A DNA stretch of 64,000 nt from Camelus dromedarius (Eukaryota): positions 10,230,001 to 10,294,000 of the forward strand of contig NC_087436.1 in the NCBI RefSeq assembly GCF_036321535.1, read 5' to 3'. The position numbers were made by a program, and so were the translations under genes. Positions 1 through 12,520 of the stretch are shown here, piece by piece (position 1 is the first letter of the stretch; each line of letters starts with the position of its first letter). Under the pieces are notes generated by a model. That model saw only the letters and a program-made list of their open reading frames with translations, was not told where the DNA came from and did no database searches.

Positions 1-1273
1 GAAGGACATGGCTGTGGGATCCAGTGGGAAATTGGTATGAACGCTCTTTTAACTGGGTGGTCCCAACCCAAGTTTGTCTTTTGTCATATGAGCTCAGCAT
101 TGGGAAGGTGAGTGGGGGTGATAAGGAAGAAAAAGCCCACTCTCTCTTTTTCCTATTCTTCTAAGGTGCTTCCTAAGCAAATGTAAGATCATTGTACCTC
201 AACTTTTTCTTTCCCTCACAAATGACATATTGTATATGGATCAGGCAGAGTGATCAAAAACACATATGCCGTGACTTTGATGATACATCTTTGTATTTCT
301 TATAGAATCAATCGGTTCTTGCAATAGCACATTTCATTTAAGACTAAAATAGAAATGAAAATTAAACAAACAAAAAAACCAAGCATGATATCATTTTAAA
401 AATCATCTTCACAAGAATGTGCAGAGCGTTACATATCATCATGGGACATTAAGCAGTTACACAAGCCAGGATTGACTTTGGGCTATTTATCAAGAAAAAA
501 TGCTGGCTGCTGGTAGTTACAGACATTTGCTTCTTTGACACTTCTATTCCCACAAACACGGAGTGTCTAGGGAGCTTTGGGTTTAGAGAAGCCCCCTTTG
601 AAGCACTTATCTTAAAGTAGCTCGCTAGTTTCATGGCATGACCTTAACCCTGTCCTCTGCCAAGCCTAGTCAAAGAAATTGGAACATGTCTCTTGCATGC
701 AGGTAGCCAAGGGTGCCATTCGCCACACTGAAATGCTCTCATTGCAAGGAAAGACATTTTGCTCATTCTTTATTACTAGCAAAAGCTGTGTTTCATCCAA
801 ACACTTGGTTTGCTTCTCTGTGAATCCTGTTTCTTTCTTTGCTTTGGTCACTGTGTCTACAAAAATGAAACCTATGGTAAATCTCCGTATATGCATTTTT
901 GTGGATTTAGTAGTTTTCTACCCTTATTTTTGTGCATCCTGATTTTCTCAATTTCTTATTTGTGGGGTGTGTGTGTGTGTATGTGTAAGTGTATATATGC
1001 ACACACACATGCATATTCACATGTATATCTACATGTATACACACATATAAATACATGAAAATTGTGTGTCAAACAATCTAAAAAGGAAGTGCAAAGTGTC
1101 AAATACAAGCATTATCATCTCCTTTATTTGGTTTGTTTCGCTGTCTCTCCTGCACAGACTTGCACTGGGCTCCTGGGTCCCTTTTTCTTACACCCTACTG
1201 CACCCCGGGCTCACCCATGGTGGTGTGAACACACTATTACAACAGTCTGTTTTCCCATCTGCAGCCTCTGCTT

Positions 1274-1463
1274 CAGTGGTTCCCAAATGTGAGCTTGCAT
1301 CAGAGCCACACAGAGGGACAAGGACAGTTACACGAGGGGCTGCGTCCCCCTCTCAGTTTCTGATTCAATACGTCTAGGCTGAGACCCAACAGCTGGCACG
1401 TTGACCAAGTTCCCACAGGATTCTGATGCTACTGGTGCAGGGACTACACTTCGAGAACTGTGG
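1274..1463. mobile_element. MER5A-like hAT-Charlie MITE
   Basis: cagtggttcccaaa ... tttctgattca ... gggactacacttcgagaac, typical MER5A ends and body. Confidence 0.7.
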
Positions 1464-1590
1464 GTTTAGTTGAGTTTTACTTCCTAGAGGGTCACGTGAC
1501 TGTGAACTGCAGCTAGATGAGAAATCTGAGGTTTAACACAAGAGGAACACTGTTAAAAGCCATTGTATCTTCTATTTCCTCCAATAAAGT

Positions 1591-2296
1591 TGTCACGTTT
1601 GGGAACCCCTGTCCCAAGTGGCTTCGGGGGGGTGAGAGGAAATGATGTACCAGTTGCTGACCCCAGGCTTTGTTCTGTTAGAGCAGGCGGGCAGCTAGAT
1701 GTGAGCAGAGAAAGGGGGACAGGGGCCAAGTGGCGGGAATTGGCAGAAGGGAGGGGCATAGGCCAAATGCAGGAAACCCTACATCATATGAGCATGAGGG
1801 GTCCCTGGGCAGAGAAGGAAAAGCAGGAACCTCTGGGCTGATAAGTGGTCACACATTTTGGGGTGACAAGTGTCCTAGAGGACAAGAAAGAAAGGAAAAG
1901 GCAGGAGTCTCCAGTGTTCGAATGTAACTTTCTGCTCATTATGCCCTCATTACAATAAAATAGCCTTGCAGATCAGAAGTACCCATCGTTCACTGACGCC
2001 ATGATACTGATCCAGACTAAATAAGGACAAAAATCCCTCCTCCCCTCGGGAAGGTGGAGCTGGGACTATGACCCCAAGCCCTTCCCTCCCCAAGGAATAT
2101 TCCGCCCATACATTTTTACACCCTGTGTAACCAACTTGCCAAAGAAACTCAGGGCAGCTGCTCACCTGAGTCTGCTCGCTCTTTCCTTGAGAGTGCACTA
2201 TCCATCCCTTAATAAATCCTCACTTTACTTTCTTAACCTTTATGTCTTGTCTCTGAATTCTTTCTGTGATGAGACAAGTACTAATCACTTGCAACA
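1591..2296 (+). mobile_element. ERV solo LTR (family not assigned)
   Basis: TG...CA ends (tgtcacg ... gcaaca), aataaa at ~2211 followed by U5-like tgtcttgtctctgaattctttc. No clear TSD, so the 5' boundary is uncertain. Confidence 0.55.
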
Positions 2297-2496
2297 GTTC
2301 CATTGTGTGCAGATCCTGGACATGCCACCAAGGGGGTCTCCTGCCCAGAGTGTGGTTCTTGGAACATAGATATCTTCTGGGCATCAATTTGTTCACCTGA
2401 GATTTTGAGCTGGAAGCCAGTGGCTCTCAGCCCCAGCTGCCGGTTAACACCATCTGGGATGCTTTTAAAGATGTGCCCAACCATTACACCTATCTG

Positions 2497-2610
2497 CTGC
2501 ATCTTCTTTATCCATTCATCTACTGATGTGCACTTAGGATGCTTCTGTATCTTGGCAATTATAAACAATGTTGCTGTTAATAGCAGGGTGTATGTATCTT
2601 ATTGAATTAA
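2497..2610 (-). mobile_element. L1 ORF2 3' fragment
   Basis: Translates as FIIAKIQKHPKCTSVDEWIKKM, an L1 ORF2 C-terminal motif. Confidence 0.75.
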
Positions 2611-4614
2611 TTCTTATTTCGTGGTTGGCTTTATTCCTTTGATAACTATGTAAGTTTAAAAAGCTAAAACTTTAAACGTTCTTAGAAACAATGAACAGTA
2701 CATATATGTAAATTAAAAATATGTGCAGTATATTGTGTATATGTATTTACATGCAATACATTGTATATGTGCAGGCAAACTATAAGAATTCTACCTAATA
2801 AAACTGAAAAATGGAAAAAAAATGTGCCTGTGCTGAGACACCACTTTCAGAGGGATCTGGGTGAAGTCCTGTAACATTTTTTTTTTTTTAACTTCCCAGG
2901 CCAGCATAACTTGCAGCCCAGCTTGAGAACCACTGGGTGAGGTGAGTTCTGGTTCTTTCTAGTTCTACCTGGAAGAATTCTGAGGCTTTCAAATGCTGAT
3001 GGGAAGCAGGACTCCTCCAACCATGGGACATTTTTTAACAGTGTATATAATTTCTATTTCCTTTTAGTTATTATTTTTTCTTTCTTTGTTCCCTCTTAAT
3101 TTTCTCCCTTGTTACTGTCTTACAGTGCGGTGAAACACTTTAATTTACACCCTCAGAGAGCTGTGAGCTCACCTATACCAAAAAATCTCTAAAATAAAGA
3201 TGGCAGAATTTGCTAAGGTGAGGCTCAGAGGGCCAAACAAGAACAAAGTGGTGCCAGTCAGGCAGAAAATAGGGAGATCTGGATGATTATTTGTTAGATA
3301 ACCTTGAAGGAAAGAAGAAAGTTTTCAATATAACGAAAAGTTCTCAGTATAATGTCTAACGTGAAACCCACCTCCAGGAAGCTTCTCCAGCCCAGGAGCT
3401 CCTCTGCAGCCCCGCATAAATCTGGAAGTGAGTGAGGGGGGGCTAACAGGCTCCTGGAGCCCCCGCTGCTTCTGACCCAGGCGGGAAGGAGGTCACTGCA
3501 CTGAGCTTGAGTCCGGTCAGAGTGCTGTGACCGGATGACAGCTCACCAGGGCTGCTCGAGGGGCATCTTAACTTCTGAACCAAATTAGACACTGTATCTA
3601 AATTTACTTATGTCTGAGGATGATTGTGGAAGATTTGAAATGAACGTGTTACTACTCTGCAGTGGTTAAAAGGAAGATGAGAACTCAAATATGGTAATTA
3701 GGAAAGGAGGAAATGCTGAAGTTATAAATACTCTGTCAGATATAAATCATGATTTGGTGGCAACAAGCACTGTACCCAATAGTCATCAGTTTACGTACAC
3801 AGTGTTTGCCTTCTGTTTGCATTGATACATAAATATATAGGTTTAAAAAGGAGTTTGTGTGACTGCGAAAAGAGAGGATATTTTTTCTTTTTCTTTTTTT
3901 CTTTTGCATATTGCCAAACAGATATGAGTTCCTTAAAGAAAGAATATAATTTAAAATAACTGTAATCCTGAACACATATTGTTCTTAAAGTAGGAAGTAG
4001 ATAAACTCTACTTAATTGATATTCCTTCAGTATTTCTGCACTTTGATATAACAGGGTAGTTAGCAAACATGGAAATTCCCAAAGAAATGATAAATGTAGC
4101 ACCATGTAAACAACTTTATAATATGTAAATACTGACTTTTACCTCTGAAGCAACATCATATTTCTATCTTCTTTTGTCTGAAGTTCTCTGAGGTTGGAAA
4201 ATTCCTCCTTGATTCAAATCTACTTTAAGACAGTTTTATAAGCAGATAAGTGTCTTTTTTTTTTCCTTTCGAAAAACACTCCTTGTTAAATAACTGGCCT
4301 ACAGAATACACGTTCTTTCCAAAAAATCAGAGTGACTTGTTTAGCCAAAGTAGAAGGTAAAATTAATCAATCCACTTGGTTTCAGTCATGTAAGGTAATT
4401 TGCCAGTCAAGACAATCTGTATTATTGATAACACTGTCACTGCAATCCGGGAACGATTATCTCCCAAATTCAGAACAATTAGGAAAAGCCTGCTGAGAAC
4501 AAGGCGTGTCTCTGGAAGATAGAAAAAAAAAAAAGATACCAAGTTCCACTTTTACTATTCTTTCAAGTTTTTTGCTTATAAGGTTTTTTTGTGTGTATAT
4601 TTATTTATTTACTT

Positions 4615-4790
4615 ATTTAATTTTTTTGTAGTTGATTTAAGACGTTGTGTTACTTTCTGGTGCACAGCATAGTGATTCAGTTTATATGTATTCTTTTTCA
4701 TCCTTTTTCATTATAGCCATCACAAGATATTGAATATGGTTCCCTGTGCTATACAGTAGGACCTTCTTGTTTATCTTATTTATATTTATA
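4615..4790 (-). mobile_element. L1 3' UTR fragment
   Basis: cagcatagtgattcagtt ... tccctgtgctatacagtaggacc, the same L1 tail seen repeatedly in the window. Confidence 0.8.
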
Positions 4791-5707
4791 TATCAGTGTC
4801 TTCATTCATTGGTTTTGTTCATTCAAAATATAAATTACTGAGATAAATGCTGAAAACTGTGTGAAGTCACACCAAACATTTGTAACATAATGGAGTGTCA
4901 TAAATTTTTTTTTTTTTGAGGAATCTCTACTCTGTAAAATAAAGTAGCATTATGTATATCTGGATTTTTGCCAAGGACAGCAACGCCTACAATTATTCAT
5001 TTCAAGGAAAGAAATTAGTTCTAAAACATTGTATCAGACTAGCAATGCGTGTTTTGGAATACACGGCCCTGTTTCTCATTTTTGATCACATAAATAAAGA
5101 GAGGGCCCCATTACCTTTTCCAGCCTGCTGGCTCCAAGTAAAGAGAAAACAAGAATTGAAAGTGAGACCTTGTGACTCCACATGGAGTCACCCAGAGTAA
5201 CTCATCTCTGGCGGGTCACCAGTAACGTTCACGCCTGTATTTCCTATCAGCTCAGCTCTTATTAAAATGAACAGGAAAAAGGTGATTGTTAACTCCTACA
5301 ACACTCAGCAAAACAAAGGCAAGGGTATAAGGAACACAATAAATTTGGGAACTTTCTTAAGGGTCTGTTACCTCTTGGAAATGGATGCATCTCATTGGGT
5401 CACTTCAGATAACCTTTCTCACTGGAATGTTCGAGACTCTGAACAGCTTATTTTTTACTCACCAAATTGGACTTGGATCACAGAGTGTTAGTCTCATTTT
5501 TGCAGAGAAAAAGGAAAAAGTAACAGAAAGAAGTAACAGGATATGTAACAAAAGTTAAAAAAAATCTATTACTGAGTGAATATAAATCTAGGACTAACAG
5601 AAAATAGAAGGACATGGGCTATTAAATATTAGAAAGAATGCTTTCACAGTTAGGGACTCTCAAAGGAAGGAGGCTCCCAGGAAATAAAATGTCCAAGGAG
5701 GAGATAG

Positions 5708-6179
5708 TGTCACCGAGCAGGACCCCGTGGGGTCTTTCTGGGATGGAAGAATCCTCTGCTGTAGCTCCTCTCTGAAGCACCCAGATAACTATACGTTTTG
5801 CACACTTCCTGAGTTGTTTTACAGATGCTAAATCCCCACCAAATGGAAAATATTAACTACTTGATGACCATGAGCACGTAGCCCCCCAGACCTGCTGGTG
5901 CCTAAGGATTGGTGACATTAACCTCTGTGACACTTCCCTGTTACCTCACCATCAACCAATCAGAGAATTACACACGAGCTGATCACATACCCTGGGAACC
6001 CTCCCTCTCATCTGGCCCTTAAAAATGCTTTGCTGAAACCCATCAGGGAGTTTGGGTGTTTTGAGCACCAGCTGCCCTGACTCCTTGCTTGGCGTCTTCA
6101 ATAAAGGCTGAACCATCACCACAACCTGGTGTCCGTAGACTGCGCCCTGGAGAGGGGACCCAAGTTTGGTTCAGTAACA
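5708..6179 (+). mobile_element. ERV1-type solo LTR (MER41-like)
   Basis: tgtcaccgag ... cagtaaca ends, CCAAT (aaccaatcag), TATA-like ttaaaaa, aataaa. Flanks atag/agag fit a 4-bp TSD with one mismatch. Confidence 0.8.
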
Positions 6180-6637
6180 AGAGATGATAAATGTGCTAAG
6201 ATTCAAGGGTCCTCAAAGAGCAGACTGGAAAGTGATTTGGTTGGTTCCTGAATCCACTCTTTCCAATGACCATCATAATTGCCTGAAAGGAGACAGTCAA
6301 GAGAAGTATGTTTTCTTCTCTAAATAATCAGAGAGAAAAACTACTCACTGAAATGTTATTTTGCTTCAAAAATCTTATTTGTAAAGCACACTTGCCCTAG
6401 TTTTTAAGCTTCAAGTTTAACTGGGGATCCGTGGGGATGAACACATAAAACTGTGCTAGGTGTGTCAACTGGCTGCCACTCCCTCAGGCTGGCGTCCAGG
6501 TGCCTACTTTGGTTGGTTGGTGGTGTCTGCATTTCAAGGATGAGCTGCAGGGATAAACTGCACTTCCTGCTGCTGCCACATAAACTCAGTAACAAGCCTC
6601 AGCAGCACTTTCGATAAGCCTTTTTCTCTTGCTATTC

Positions 6638-6790
6638 TTAGCGTTGCCAGCCTTAGAAAAAATATACAGGAAGCCCAGTGAAATCTGAATTGCAGATAAA
6701 CAACAAATACTTTTTAAAGTGCGAGTGTGTCCCAGTGAGAAGCTAGTTGCTGTTTATCTGAAATTCACATTTCCCTGGATGGTTGACCCT
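6638..6790. mobile_element. MER53-like palindromic DNA element (internally deleted)
   Basis: gttgccag...aatatacagga..cccagtgaaatctgaattgcagataaacaac and its inverse ttgctgtttatctgaaattcacattt. Confidence 0.75.
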
Positions 6791-7329
6791 GCCACACCCC
6801 CTTACTCTCCAAGGCCATCAAAAGGAAGCTTTTCTAATCTGAAGATCTACATTTGTTCACATCTACCATCTCCTCTTTCGCTTCCTATTTTCTGCAACAG
6901 GACAGATCCTTCTATTTTGGGCTTTGGGTCCTTTCCTTTCCTACCTTCTCTGTGGGGCCTCAAATAAGCAATCCTCTCAGTCTTCTGCATCTTCAGCCTC
7001 TTTCTCTCTCTGAGCTCAAGAGTTCTCTAGATTAGAAACACAAACAGGCCCCTGACTTCCCCTCTCCCTCCACCTGGTCCAGTCTCTCCTTCCTTCACAC
7101 GCTCCTGGGTTTCCACCTGCTCCTTCTCCTAGGGCCACTAAATGGTGCTGTTCCACAGGGTCTCCACGCCCTCCACTTCTCAGTCTACAGTTTTCTGTGG
7201 GAGATCTGACAATCACCACCTACGGGCTCAAGACTTCCTGATCTTCATCTAAAGTCACCATGTCTCTTCTGAACTCCGGACCTGTATATGTCTCTTTGAT
7301 ATCTCTGTTTACTTAATTTTTTAAAACTT

Positions 7330-7510
7330 TTTTTAAAATTAAAGTATAGTCTGTTTACAATCTTATTTTAGTTTCTGGTGTACAGCATAGTGATTCAGTT
7401 ATATATATATATATACACATATATACATTCTTTTTCATTGTAGGTGACTGTAAGAAATTGACTATAGTCCCCTGTGCTATACAGTAGGACCTTGCCCTTT
7501 ATCTGTTTTA
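7330..7510 (-). mobile_element. L1 3' UTR fragment
   Basis: ttaaagtatagtc..tttacaat ... cctgtgctatacagtaggacc. Confidence 0.8.
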
Positions 7511-7589
7511 TATAAAGTAGTGTGTATCTGCTCTCTTTGGATGTTTATCTTGTGCCTCAAACTTGTCCTGTCTTAAACTGAACTCCTTT

Positions 7590-7686
7590 TTAAAAAAAAT
7601 TTTTTAATGGTGGTACTGGGGATTGAACCCAGGACCTCATGCATGCTAAACACACGCTCCACCACTGAGCTATACGTCCCACCCCC
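7590..7686 (-). mobile_element. Camelid-type tRNA-derived SINE (Vic-like)
   Basis: Reverse complement reads gtatagctcagtggt ... gcatgcatgaggtcctgggttcaatccccagtacc, with Pol III A and B boxes and an A-rich tail. Confidence 0.85.
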
Positions 7687-8608
7687 CTACCCCCAAACTC
7701 CTCCTTTTATATCTGCCTCTCAAGCAGTATGTTCTCTCAAAAGTAGTTCTCTCTAGCAGTATTAGAATCTACTCAGTTTTCTGAATCAGAAACTTGAGAC
7801 CAGTTCCATACGTATGTTATCATCAAGTCCTATTTGATTTACTCTCAAAATACTTTAACAATCCACCTACATCTTTTATTCTCATGGCCACCATCACCTT
7901 CTCCCTGGAACACCTGTCTGGCTGTCTCATCGGGTTCCTTTGACTTCAGTCTTGCCCTTCTTATCTGTTCTCCAAAAGCAGCTTGAGTGTTCTTCCAAAA
8001 CACAGGGTCATTCTTTTCCTTAAGAGTCTACAGGAATTTCCCCTTGTCATTCAAACACCATCCAAAGCCCTGACTTGGTGGATGAAGACCCCGTGGTGGG
8101 CTCCCACCCCATCCTCCTGCTCTCTGCGGGCAGCACTGAAATCCTTTTCTCCTAAATCTCCCTCATCTCTGTGTGATCATTTGTGTCATATACTTTTCCT
8201 AGAACAGGATATCTCCTCTCTATGCTTCACTTACTCTTCCTTCTCCTTTGGATTGCTCCTTAATTATTTGTTCCTCAAGGAAACCTGCATTCTGCTACCA
8301 GATGCTGTATGTTCCTTTAGCATCACTGATAAACGGATTTTTTTTTTTTGCATTTATCTGTGTGATTATTTGTCTTACTAATTGGAATATAAGTTCATTA
8401 GGGATGACACCATTACTGAATTTTCCATTGTATTTCTGGCTTCTAGAATCTTGTTTTGATACAGAATGAATTCCCAAGAAATAGTTTGCTCAGTATGTGA
8501 ATGAATGAGTACTTGGGTTTACAGATAGATGACATGGATAAAAAAGATCTATTTTAAGCACAATTTTCTTAGGAGCTCAGGCCTGGGATTCAAAAATTAT
8601 CTAAATCA

Positions 8609-9190
8609 TACATGCACCCTAATGTTCACATGAGCACTATTTACAATAGCCAAGATACAAAAACAACCTTAATTTCCATCAATGGATAAAGAAGCTGTGG
8701 TATATTTATACAATGGAATACTACTTATCCATAAAAAAGAATGAAATAATGCCATTTGCAGCAACACAGATGGACCTGGAGAATGTCATTCCAAGAGAAG
8801 TAAGCCAGAAAGAGAAATTCCATGATATTACTTATGTGTAGAATCTTTGAAAAAAAAAAAAAAGGCACAATGAGCTTATTTATAAAACATAAATAGTCTC
8901 AAAGACATAGAAAACAAACTTATGTTTACCAGGGTGGAAAGGGGGTGGGAAGGGCTAAATCAGGAGTTTGAGATTTGCAGATACAAACTACTATATATAA
9001 AATAGATATACAACAAGTTTCATCTGTGTAGCATAGGGAACTATATTCAATATCTTATAGTAACCTATAATGAAAAAGAATATGAAAAGGAATCTATGTA
9101 TGTATATGTATGACTGAAACATGATGCTGTACATCAGAAGCTGACACAACATTGTAAACTGACTATACCTCAATTAAAAAAAACAAAATT
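8609..9190 (+). mobile_element. 5'-truncated L1 (ORF2 end + 3' UTR)
   Basis: acatgcaccctaatgttcac ... gccatttgcagcaac ... aactgactatacctcaattaaaaa. Confidence 0.9.
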
Positions 9191-11052
9191 ACCTAAATCA
9201 ATCTGATAAACTCTATTGCTTTGGCAAAAAACATGACCCTGTTGCTCTTGAAAAGTAGTCTTCTGCTATGAACATCTGGAGTTTTAGAAATTTTGTCTCT
9301 CCACTTTCCCACACCCAGATTAAAGTTACTTCAAGAATTAAACAAGTCAACATAGGCACTGTTTTAATCATTTTTCATCCAATGTTCCTCAAAATTTTTT
9401 TCCTAAATGAAAAATGTGAGAATATGTATAGTGAAGACTGTTGCAGAATAATACAAAGTATTACCTTCAAACTCATCATCCAACCCAAAGTAGAACTAGA
9501 ACATCACCAGGAGTTATTTACTTTTTAGGCTCTTCTTCTTCTAACGAAACTATCGATAGAATTCAATATATCTTATTTATGTTACCCTGCGTCACCCAAT
9601 CTCCATTATAGTCCCCAAGGCTTTTGCACATCTCCTCTCAGTATTCACTGATTATGAAGCCATTCCAAAAGTTCTGTCAGAGCAATTGCTGAATTCCAAA
9701 ATTACTCTGAGAACCGTGTAAGGCACAAAACAGGTGTGAGAGATAATTCTTACCTTCCAGGAGCTGATTGTGTAGAGAAAAGAGATCTAACACATATGAA
9801 ACCCCTGGAGGATGACTGAATACTCAACCAATGATATTGACTAGAGAGGTTAACGAAAATTCCAAGAAGGAGACGGTTACCCCTGGACCGGAAGAGCTTG
9901 GGAAAGCTTTATGGAAGAGGATAAACAATGAGGGAACATATTTAAATATGGGCATTTGGAGAGAAGAGAAATCCACTTAGGAAGGGAAGAAGTGTATTTG
10001 GTAGTAGTTGAGTACTACTGTTTGTTTGTTTTTTTTCTGATTGATTGATTGATTGATTTCTGCTAATAATTTTTTCCCCACTTCTTCTGGTACTGGTGCT
10101 GTTCTTTTTTGGTGTTGAAATGCCCTTTCCCCAATTCATCAGGTTCTGAAGGGACTGCCAATAGCCACATTTTAAATACAACCTTTCCGCCCAAGGACTT
10201 GATCCACGCGTAACGCCCCCTACCCCTGGTGACGGTGGTTAGCCCCAGGATGTGACATGAGGCAGGCTAATTCTATTCCTTCTTTAGGGTTTCATATGTA
10301 ACTGCTTGAAGAGAACATTTCCCTTTTCTGTAAAGTCACTGCTGGTAACATGTAAGCCCGAAGCTGTCTCTGTCTCCACTGTTTCTTCCTTTTGCTGTCT
10401 GGAGGAAGTTGGTCTTCAGCTGGGGTAAATAAGAACCACACAGAGGAGGAGGAGAGAGAGAGACATGTATGGCTTAAGTCTCTGGAGACCCGAGGCCAAC
10501 TGTGACCCGGGTTTTCTATCTCTGTGGCTGACACCTCCCTCTCTTGCTTAAGCTCATTTAAAGTGGTTTCAGTCAATTTCAGCGTAGAAGAGACCTGAGG
10601 GTGGATGTGGGGAGAGAACAGAAGTGGAGAGAAGAGGATGCTGGTAACAAGAAGGAAGACCTCAATCAAAGCAGCATCTAGAGGAAGAAGTGACGGGACT
10701 TGGTTGGAGATCAGATATATCTGATGCAGAAGAAAACTTGTCAAAAACTGGAAATTCAGGGGCTTTGTGAACTCACAGGCGGAAGTCGGGGTAGCTGGGA
10801 TGAGGAAGTGGGTTTGAAGGGAAACAATAGTCAAATCGTGACATCTGAGTTCCTGGTAAGGCTGGGACTTGGTCGGTCTATGGTTTTAGTGGGAGGACCT
10901 GCCCAATGCTGGCAGGGCAGCGTGAAATGCCAGGAAAGAGATCTGATCATGCTTTGTGTCAGCACTTAGGAAAATGTGACAGAAAACTGTAATTATGCTC
11001 CCCAAACTCAGCCTTTCCCACTCAAAGCTCAGGGGGACTTTGTAGCACAGAA

Positions 11053-11238
11053 CAGTGGTTCCCAAAATGTGGTCTCTGGATGAGTAAGCTCTGCATCACC
11101 TGGGAACATGTTAGAAATGCAGCTCGTGGACCCACCCCCAGAGGGAGGGAGTCAGAAATTCTGGGAGTGGGTGCAGTGACCTGTGTCTGAACAGGCCCTG
11201 GAGCAGATGCTGAAATCCACCAAGCATTGGGAACTGGA
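11053..11238. mobile_element. MER5A-like MITE
   Basis: cagtggttcccaaaatgtggtc ... gcatcacctggga..tgttagaaatgca ... tcagaaattctggg. Confidence 0.75.
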
Positions 11239-11346
11239 GAGTTTCCTTTACACGTGGTTCCAAGGAGGGGAGGTCACCCTCCACCGAGTGCCAGGATTTC
11301 ACACAGGAAGAATGACTCCCTCCGGAAAAATTCATTTTCCCCAAGT

Positions 11347-12520
11347 CAATTCATTCAAACACTGTATGCTGAGTATGTGCTGTCTTCCAGGTGCTGTCCC
11401 AGGTACTTTGTGGGAACAGATCAGTGAACAAATCTGATATCATCAACCACAAAAATACCTCTAAGTTAGCAATTAAAAACGACACTGCAGATGCGAAGGG
11501 GAGCTGAGCATTGCTTAGGGAATCATGAGGGTTTCCCTGAAGAAGTGATGTTTCAATCAGGAAAGAATGACTAGGAGTTAGTCTGGTAAAGGGCAGAGTT
11601 GGGGGGGTGGGGAGAGATTCTAGGCCCTGAAAGGGACAGGCCTGGCACTTTCAGAGCACTGGAGACAGAACAGCAATGAATAGGTCATTGTTAATGATGG
11701 TATTGTAAATAATGCTGCTGTGAACACTGGGGTGCAGGGAACTTCTCAAATCGGTGTCTTTTTTTTTTTTTTCTTTTCCTGGATATATACCCAGGAGGGG
11801 AATTGCTGGGTCACATGGTAGTTAGCTCTAGTTTTAGTTTTTTTGAGAACGTTTATAGCAGCATTATTTACAATTGCCAAGACATGGAAGCAACCCTAGT
11901 AGCCATCCACAGATGAATCAATAAAGAAGAAGTGGTATATATATGGTGTGTATACACACACACACACACACACACAGGAATGCTACTCAGCCATGAAAAA
12001 TGAAATTGTGCCATTTGTAACAATATGAATAGACTTGGAGAGTATTATGCTAAGTGAAATAAGTCAGACAGAGAAAGACAAATACTGTCTGATACCATTT
12101 GTATGTGGAATCTTAAAAACAAAACAAATGAGTAAATATAACAAATAAGAAACAGACTCACAGGTAATAGAGAACAAACTAGTGGTTACCAGTGGGAAGA
12201 GGGAGGGACAAGACAGGGGCGGGGAAGTGAGAGGCACAAAATACTGGGAGCAAGAGAGACTACAAGGATGTATTGTACAACATGGGAATATAGCCAATAT
12301 TTTGTAATAACTGCAAATGGAAAGTAACCTTTAAAAATTGTATAAACATTTAAACAAATGTTTTAAAAAATGACAGTGTTAAAGCCTGGGAGGCAGTTCT
12401 GATAGACAGATCATGCAGAGCCTTGTAAATCATAGTAAAGACTTTGAACTTGCCTCTGACAGCAACTAAGAGGCTACCGAAAAGTTTCAAGTGTGAGCTA
12501 ATATGATCTAACTTATTTTT
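11347..12520 (-). mobile_element. L2 remnant interrupted by L1
   Basis: Starts with the caattcattcaaaca L2 3' end and resumes after 12380 (cagatcatgcagagccttgtaa). Confidence 0.55.
11701..12370 (+). mobile_element. 5'-inverted (twin-primed) L1
   Basis: 11701-11850 is antisense L1 ORF2 sequence; 11851-12370 is sense ORF2 end + 3' UTR containing a (CA)n tract. Confidence 0.85.

Larger units (their letters stand above)
6880..8510 (+). mobile_element. Degraded L2, interrupted by an L1 tail and a SINE
   Basis: Pyrimidine-rich L2-like sequence ending in the typical L2 3' end gaatgaatga at ~8500. Confidence 0.55.

Noticed and set aside
7590..7686. tRNA gene
   Set aside because: A and B boxes are present, but it has an A-rich tail and a second related copy at ~14.9 kb, so it is a tRNA-derived SINE.
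10292..10834. 180-aa minus-strand ORF
   Set aside because: No recognisable protein similarity, non-ATG start, and it lies in degraded repeat-like sequence.
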